23,641 bases of DNA, from contig JBIKWN010000035.1 of the NCBI GenBank assembly GCA_044356295.1, positions 1 through 23,641 on the forward strand. The letters run 5' to 3'. Each line of letters starts with the position of its first letter. The first letter of the stretch is position 1. A model generated the notes under the pieces. It was not told the DNA's origin, made no database searches, and was given only the letters and a program-made list of their open reading frames with translations. This document shows, in pieces, positions 18,125 through 23,641 of this stretch. Origin of the DNA: Bdellovibrionota bacterium. Lineage in GTDB: Bacteria > Bdellovibrionota_C > UBA2361 > JBIKWN01. Made by a program: the position numbers and the translations under genes.

Positions 18125-19996
18125 TCAAGAAGAGATTTTCAGCACATGACGAATCTCTTTCTGAGGAAAAGCAGTTCGAAGTCCATTTAATACTGCAAGA
18201 ATATCAATGACCTCTTGAGTAATGGCTCCAGCCAGTGGTGTTAATAATCCAAACGCAGCCAGAATCATACCAATGACGCTAAGCCCCATTCCTCCAATTG
18301 CACTTTGCAGGGCGATTTTTTTCATTCTTTTTGAGATATGTATGAGCTCGTCTACTTTTTCTAAAGAAGGCTCTAAAACGACAGCATCTGCAGCTTCGGA
18401 AGTAATATCGCTATTAGTGCCAATTGCGATTCCTACAGTGGCAGCTTGTAGGGCAGGGGCGTCATTAATTCCGTCACCTATGTATACTGTTTTTTGAAGT
18501 TTTGTTTCGTTTTGAATTTTTAACAGTTTATCTTCAGGTGATAAATCACCTTCGAATTTAGTTATACCAACGATTGCTGCAAGATGAGCAACTTCCTTTG
18601 TTTTATCTCCTGAAAGTATGCTCACAGAGTGTATTGAATGATGAATTCCAACGTGATCTACAAATGCTTTACTCTCAGCTCTTGGAATATCAAGAAAGCT
18701 AAATATAGCTATCGGTACGTCGTCTTCTACAATGATGCACTCTAGGCCGTCTTTTCTAGGCGGCATTACTTTTGTAGATCCAATTTTAGATCTGCTGGTT
18801 ACTTTCAATATTTTTGATTTAAATGTTCCTACTAAGCCCTGTCCAGGTTTTTCAGAAACAGTATCTAAAAAAGGGAGAGCGAGTGAACGCTTTTGGGCTT
18901 CATTAATAATCGCTTGAGCAAGGGGATGTTTAGAATATGTTTCAAGTGCAGCAACTTTAGCAAGAATTGTATCTTCATCTTGATCGGTAACAAGACATGT
19001 AATTTGGGTTAGGAGTGGCTTCCCATAGGTGAGGGTTCCAGTTTTATCCATGATCATAGCGCGACATGTTGGAAGATATTCAAGCACTGCGGGGTTTTTA
19101 ATGATTATTCCACGGCTCGCTGCAAGAGAGATTGAACCAATGATTGCAATTGGTATCGCAATCAATAAAGGACAAGGAGTTGCAACTATGAGTACAGAGA
19201 GGAAGCGAGTTGGATCGTTCGAAACATACCATGCAATCCCAGCAATAATAAGCGCAATGGGTGTATACCACGTGCCGAGTGTATCTCCGAGTCGCCTTAG
19301 AGGAACCTGCTTTGAGGCTTGGATCTCAATAACTTTTGCTATTTTTTGATAACGTGAGTCAATTGGTAGAGCAGTTGCACGAACAACGAGAAGCGATTCA
19401 CCATTGAGGGTTCCCGAGATAACTGCACTGCCAGGAGCCTTTAGAACTTGGTACGGTTCTCCAGTGAGGAATGATTCGTCCATCGAACCGTGACCTTCAA
19501 TCACTTCTCCATCTACTGGACAAATATCGTATGGACGAAGTTCAATGATATCTGCGATCTTAACTTCAGATAGCTCAACTTTTGTTGCTCTATTATCTCT
19601 TCGGACATAAGTAAAGTGTGGCATTCGTTTTGAAAGTGCATCAAGGACAGAAGAAGCTTTTCGCATTGCATAGACTTCAAGTGCTTCGCCTCCGGAGAGC
19701 ATTAAAATAACAAAAACACCTGCAAGATATTCACCTAACAGTAATGAAACAATGATTGAGATTCCTGCAAGAAGGTCAGAACCAAATTCTTTGTTCCATG
19801 CTTTTTTTAGAAGTTCAAATATCAGTGGTATGCCACCAATAAGATATGCTAAGTAAAGAGGATAATTATGATACGACTGCAATACTACGTTATTCTGGAA
19901 ACGAAAAAGCAGTGATGTACCAATTGAAACTATTGCAAAAGAGGCTATAACTCCTTGCATGGATAAATACCAAGGAGCCTGCTTATCAGAGTTCAT
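18125..19996 (-). CDS. Heavy-metal P1B-type ATPase, P1B-5 subgroup
   Basis: Core motifs 'DESFLTGE', 'DKTGTLT', 'SKHP' and 'GDGINDAPAL'. Subgroup motifs TPCP, QX4GX3SX3M (QSAIGGMGLSVIGM) and QEX2DX5N (QEVIDILAVLN). No N-terminal metal-binding domain and no hemerythrin tail. Confidence 0.9.
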   Translation of the reverse strand: MNSDKQAPWYLSMQGVIASFAIVSIGTSLLFRFQNNVVLQSYHNYPLYLAYLIGGIPLIFELLKKAWNKEFGSDLLAGISIIVSLLLGEYLAGVFVILMLSGGEALEVYAMRKASSVLDALSKRMPHFTYVRRDNRATKVELSEVKIADIIELRPYDICPVDGEVIEGHGSMDESFLTGEPYQVLKAPGSAVISGTLNGESLLVVRATALPIDSRYQKIAKVIEIQASKQVPLRRLGDTLGTWYTPIALIIAGIAWYVSNDPTRFLSVLIVATPCPLLIAIPIAIIGSISLAASRGIIIKNPAVLEYLPTCRAMIMDKTGTLTYGKPLLTQITCLVTDQDEDTILAKVAALETYSKHPLAQAIINEAQKRSLALPFLDTVSEKPGQGLVGTFKSKILKVTSRSKIGSTKVMPPRKDGLECIIVEDDVPIAIFSFLDIPRAESKAFVDHVGIHHSIHSVSILSGDKTKEVAHLAAIVGITKFEGDLSPEDKLLKIQNETKLQKTVYIGDGINDAPALQAATVGIAIGTNSDITSEAADAVVLEPSLEKVDELIHISKRMKKIALQSAIGGMGLSVIGMILAAFGLLTPLAGAITQEVIDILAVLNGLRTAFPQKEIRHVLKISS

Positions 19997-20004
19997 TTTT
20001 AATC

Positions 20005-20472
20005 TTAGTGAGGTAATGCTTTTTCATTATTTGATTGAAGCTCAGGGTGCCTGATTTGACCACCAAGATGAGCTGTCCAGATTAATAGTCCGATCGATAC
20101 AGCAGAGACTAATGTTAAGAGATTAAGACCTAAATTTTCATTAAATTTGATTCTTGGACCTATGAAACATAAGAAAGCAAAAATTCCTGTTATGATACAA
20201 CCAATGAGAGCTATCAGAGCAGCGTCTTCGTGAGGCTCAATATCGACTTCGTGGACTCCTTGCATATTTTCAATTACTTCTTCTGCAGGTTCACCCGTCA
20301 GGTATACGGGAATTGAAAACAGTGAGCTACTTATGAACCCAAACAATGCCAGTTGTATAATAACATTCTGTTTTCGGAATCTACCCCAAACAAGAATTGC
20401 TAGGAAAATAGGAAGGCTTATTATTGGAATGTGATTCAGGGCAAGGTGTAGAAAAGCAAAATTCATGGACAT
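20005..20472 (-). CDS. His-containing 4-TM membrane protein, DUF2231-like
   Basis: Four hydrophobic segments with 'HLALNHIPI', 'TGEPAEE', 'HEDAA' and 'TAHLGGQIRHPE'. AGAGG Shine-Dalgarno; ends 8 nt upstream of the ATPase. Confidence 0.7.
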   Translation of the reverse strand: MSMNFAFLHLALNHIPIISLPIFLAILVWGRFRKQNVIIQLALFGFISSSLFSIPVYLTGEPAEEVIENMQGVHEVDIEPHEDAALIALIGCIITGIFAFLCFIGPRIKFNENLGLNLLTLVSAVSIGLLIWTAHLGGQIRHPELQSNNEKALPH

Positions 20473-20600
20473 AACTTAAGCCTCTATTCCATAAAAAGCC
20501 ATCGTACATTTGTACTATTGTTGCCTAAGTAGGCGTTATGATGTTGAGAGGACTAATTTTTTTTATAAATAAATAAAAAAATTTGCAAAGACGAAGTAAT

Positions 20601-21095
20601 CTAACACTGAATAGTCTGTTTAATGAAGAAACCAACATGAGGAGCAGTAAGAAGGGTAAGAGAGAGCTCCTCCTCGTTAGGGTCCTCAGATCTAAATGAT
20701 CCGATTACACCCCCAATAGCCAATCCTTCCCTTGGAAGATTCATCAAAAAATCAAATCCATTATTTTTAAAGAAACTTATAGCTTGGATACGGTAAATCA
20801 AATCTTCTAGAATAGAATACACTTGATCCGGAATTTCGATAACGTCGAGGGGGATGTTGTCGTGAGACTGTAAAATAATACAACACCCGTTATCAGATTC
20901 ATAAACTTTAATCAGTTCTGCCTCAAGTTTGCCCCCATACGCAATAAGGGAGCTAAGAAAAATCGAAATCGAGTCGGATCTTCTATTGGTGTCATGTAAA
21001 AAAAATCCAAGCTCAGTCAATGAGGCAATGACTGCTTCTCTCGTTTCATCGAGGGTTGCAGGAGTAGTAGATTTAGTTCCTTGAGAAGTGAGCAT
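20601..21095 (-). CDS. Hypothetical protein
   Basis: 164-aa ORF with ATG start, filling the gap between co-oriented genes; no family recognised. Confidence 0.7.
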   Translation of the reverse strand: MLTSQGTKSTTPATLDETREAVIASLTELGFFLHDTNRRSDSISIFLSSLIAYGGKLEAELIKVYESDNGCCIILQSHDNIPLDVIEIPDQVYSILEDLIYRIQAISFFKNNGFDFLMNLPREGLAIGGVIGSFRSEDPNEEELSLTLLTAPHVGFFIKQTIQC

Positions 21096-21176
21096 TGTTA
21101 CAACCGAATGCGTTTTAAACTAAGGTGATAATTATATCCTTTTTTAAAATCTTAACCTACTAGATAAATTAAAAAA

Positions 21177-22598
21177 CTAGTTGAGCACTTTATTGATTAA
21201 ACTTTGCTCGTAAAACAGAGCAAGTTGATTAAGAGCATGAATTTTGAAATCACTTTTCTGTGAGGTAATTAATTCATTTTTAATTGTCTCTAAGGAGCTT
21301 TGAAGAGAGCTTAGCGATGGATGAAATCTTGATGTGTTCTTTGCAATACCTCGCTCATCATCGTCAAAGAGTCTAAGGGTTGGTGTTGGCCCATATCGTT
21401 CCAATGCGTACTGGGTAAAGGTTTTAATATTTTTTTTAATTCCGTCATCGGACATCGTGCTTAAAAGGTACCGACGCCACAGTTCATTGAGATCATCGTT
21501 GAAGGCACCAAGTTTTTTTGGAGGAGAATGATTAATAGAATCGCAAAAAAGCCTCATAGCATTTCCTGGAATCCGGTACATCCATTGCTCAGCACAGCAA
21601 TTTTTTGGGGGATAGAGTTCATTGATATTAAAATTATGAAATGTTTTATAAATTTCAGAAGCAGCTTCAATCATTTGCTTATCATAAGCAGGTTGTATTT
21701 CATCAAGCCGAACAGCTTCTTCACAAAACTTCATTCGTTTTATAGGCATTCCTTGAGTTTTCTCTGAGTCTGAGTTTTGCTTTTTCCATTTTTGATACTG
21801 ACTAATTTCAACCCAATAACTTGCACTCCCTTCAGTTCTTAAAAAAACAAAATCTTCTTGGCTAATTGGATTTTGAAAACTTCTTGCGGGGCGCTCTAAT
21901 CGGGCGAGTGTTCCTTTCTGGGTATGCAAGTGAGCAATTTGATACGGACTAAATGAAAAAATATTTAATTTGTATTTATCAGCAATAATTCGGGCAAGAG
22001 CTATCGTTACATTTACGTCATCTTCACTTTCATGTGATTGTGGTCTATCGAGAAGACTAAAAAAAGTAGCTACCTTTTCTAAACGAATGCTAAATCTTGG
22101 AGAATCACTTTTTTCTAATTCTTTTAGGAATGCATAGTATTCATTTCGAAGAGTCTCGTTATACGCAAAGAGCGTTTTAACAAGAATAAGAACATCATGA
22201 GAAATCGGATGATCATAGGGGAATAGACCGCATCGTAGAAAACTTGTTCGAAGATAAGGAATATCAAAATCTTCAACATTATAGCCAGAGAGAGCTGTTT
22301 TACCTTTGATAGTCCACTGAGCAAAATAACGATGAATGACTTCCATCGCTTGTCTCTCGTTCAGTGTTGCTCTTTCATTCAAAGAGATAACATCAATACC
22401 AGTGCTGGCTATCGCTCCAGGATCTGGAAGTTCCACCCTAGAAACTCTGACTTCTCCTTTCAACCGTGACAGTTCATTCCAGTTAGAATCTAAACAAACA
22501 AAACAAAAGTTAAGAATTTGGCCTACTTTATGGAGACTTGATGTCTCGAGGTCAAAAAAGATAATCCTTTCAAGGCTCATATCGGTAAAAAGTACCAT
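21177..22598 (-). CDS. DEDDh 3'-5' exonuclease, exonuclease I (SbcB)-like
   Basis: Exo I 'FFDLETS', Exo II 'GYNVEDFDIPYLR' and Exo III 'HESEDDV' (HxxxxD). 'QILNF', 'LPDPGAI..TGI' and total length resemble SbcB, but the C-terminal half is not recognisable. Start is 22598 or 22580. Confidence 0.8.
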   Translation of the reverse strand: MVLFTDMSLERIIFFDLETSSLHKVGQILNFCFVCLDSNWNELSRLKGEVRVSRVELPDPGAIASTGIDVISLNERATLNERQAMEVIHRYFAQWTIKGKTALSGYNVEDFDIPYLRTSFLRCGLFPYDHPISHDVLILVKTLFAYNETLRNEYYAFLKELEKSDSPRFSIRLEKVATFFSLLDRPQSHESEDDVNVTIALARIIADKYKLNIFSFSPYQIAHLHTQKGTLARLERPARSFQNPISQEDFVFLRTEGSASYWVEISQYQKWKKQNSDSEKTQGMPIKRMKFCEEAVRLDEIQPAYDKQMIEAASEIYKTFHNFNINELYPPKNCCAEQWMYRIPGNAMRLFCDSINHSPPKKLGAFNDDLNELWRRYLLSTMSDDGIKKNIKTFTQYALERYGPTPTLRLFDDDERGIAKNTSRFHPSLSSLQSSLETIKNELITSQKSDFKIHALNQLALFYEQSLINKVLN

Positions 22599-22674
22599 AT
22601 TACTCGAAGAAAAACCCTCATGTTTTTTAGGATTTTATGTCGATTTAAAACAATCTGTAAAATTATATAATGGC

Positions 22675-23346
22675 ATGGCTATGGCTGTTAAATCAGACAA
22701 TAAAGGGATTCTTGGATAAGTTTTTGGAATAAACGTTGCCAAGGTACGTCAAGTGATGGTCTTTGCTCCTGAACAGGTTGTTGAGATTCCAGGTACATCA
22801 GAACATATATCAGGACATTTTTGCTTTCGAGGCAATCGAATACTTCAATCGTTGGAACCGTTCTTTATAATGATAAAGTGATTCCTGTTGTTGATGTTGA
22901 ATTAGTTCTTGCAGAACTGATAGCGCGTTTCGACCACAATCGATAGGAAAGATGTATCTGTTGTCTACTGTGAAGATTCTCATATCGTTTAAAAGGTACT
23001 TCTCAAGACATTGCAAAATGCTGGTTTTAAAAAGATTAAAATGTTTCCTTCTGGATCAGATGCACTTGACCACATAAAAGCACATCCCGAAGAGACAATT
23101 GATATAATCATTAGTGATATTGAAATGCCTAAGATGGATGGGCTTACCTTTTGCAAACAATTCCGAGGAGTTGAAATGCATAAGAAAACTCCATTTATAT
23201 TTTTCTCTTCAACTGTTTCAGAAGAAATGAAAAGAAAATGTCATCTCGTTGGAGGCGATAAAGCTTTTTCAAAGCCTGAAATAGGTAATATAGTGGAAGC
23301 GATTGATAGTTTGATTGATGATAAAAATCGAGCGGTTACTGAATAG
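22675..23346 (+). pseudogene. cheV: Disrupted chemotaxis coupling protein CheV (CheW + receiver)
   Basis: Frame A: MAMAVKSDNKGILG*VFGINVAKVRQVMVFAPEQVVEIPGTSEHISGHFCFRG. Shifted frame (about 22839-22922): NTSIVGTVLYNDKVIPVVDVELVLAELI. Back in frame A: RKDVSVVYCEDSHIV*KVLLKTLQNAG...IISDIEMPKMDG...FFSS...SKPEI. TAA stops at 22717 and 22990, two frame changes. Confidence 0.88.
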
Positions 23347-23363
23347 GCAATTTTCCTCTAACG

Positions 23364-23641
23364 CTATCCCCGTGACTGCTGAACCTGAATAGATGCTTCT
23401 GTTTCAGCTTCAAAGCCTGGGCTTTCAATATTGAATTCTTCACTATCAGTGATAGTTGGGTCATTTACATCAGCATCACCTTCAACTACTCCATCAGACA
23501 GTCGACCTTTTCCAATAATCTCGAAGGTAAGAGTAGCTGGGTCACTTGGCGTTTCGTCCGCGTCAGTGGTATCTGTTACAGCGTCTCCAAATTGTGACCT
23601 TGCAAGAAAGAAAACTAGATACTTCCAGTTATTAGTTTCAG
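23364..23641 (-). CDS. Partial CDS (3' end), acidic hypothetical protein
   Basis: Minus frame is open from the window edge: ETNNWKYLVFFLARSQFGDAVTDTTDADETPSDPATLTFEIIGKGRLSDGVVEGDADVNDPTITDSEEFNIESPGFEAETEASIQVQQSRG*, with TAG at 23366-23364. Converges on cheV. Confidence 0.7.
   Translation of the reverse strand, partial: ETNNWKYLVFFLARSQFGDAVTDTTDADETPSDPATLTFEIIGKGRLSDGVVEGDADVNDPTITDSEEFNIESPGFEAETEASIQVQQSRG

Noticed and set aside
5208..19349. Numerous 60-122 aa antisense or off-frame ORFs inside mreC, mrdA, rodA, sodA, guaB, maf, the GT-C-like gene and the ATPase
   Set aside because: All are nested in well-supported genes, with no independent coding signal.
22618..22646. Sigma28 promoter upstream of cheV (GTCGATTT)
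   Set aside because: Weak -10 match and no properly spaced TAAA-type -35 element.
22336..22719. 127-aa plus-strand ORF
   Set aside because: Mostly antisense to the exonuclease; only the last 14 codons (from 22675) are the real cheV start.
22717..22992. Stop-codon reassignment or programmed readthrough/frameshifting in cheV
   Set aside because: TAA is the normal stop of many intact genes here (mreB, rodA, guaB), and the apparent deletions cannot be rescued by recoding.
23011..23346. Stand-alone CheY-like response regulator (111-aa ORF in the track)
   Set aside because: It lacks the first beta strand and acidic pair, which lie upstream of the in-frame TAA at 22990; it is the tail of the cheV pseudogene.

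Overview
AT-rich bacterial chromosomal window, mostly housekeeping. Gene style resembles deltaproteobacteria or Bdellovibrionota (inference only). In order: the 3' end of an unknown + strand gene; a minus-strand operon rplS-rpsU-lptF-lptG, divergent from a plus-strand elongasome operon (small hypothetical-mreB-mreC-mreD-mrdA-rodA); an orphan 445-aa coiled-coil protein with its own extended -10 promoter; a Mn-type superoxide dismutase with a Tat/lipoprotein-like signal; guaB-hypothetical-maf-yggS-yggT-FmdB zinc ribbon. A more accessory-looking minus-strand block follows: a GT-C/DUF6020-like membrane protein, a P1B-5-type metal ATPase with a His-rich DUF2231-like partner and a possibly structured leader, a hypothetical protein, and a divergent exonuclease I-like DEDDh nuclease. 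The window ends with a multiply broken cheV pseudogene (the ORF track shows only its tail) and the 3' end of an acidic minus-strand gene. I saw no rRNA, tRNA, CRISPR array, transposase or integrase, and I cannot claim a new system. The best candidate is the leader-DUF2231-like-P1B-5 metal module. All family calls come from motif recognition by eye, not from searches.
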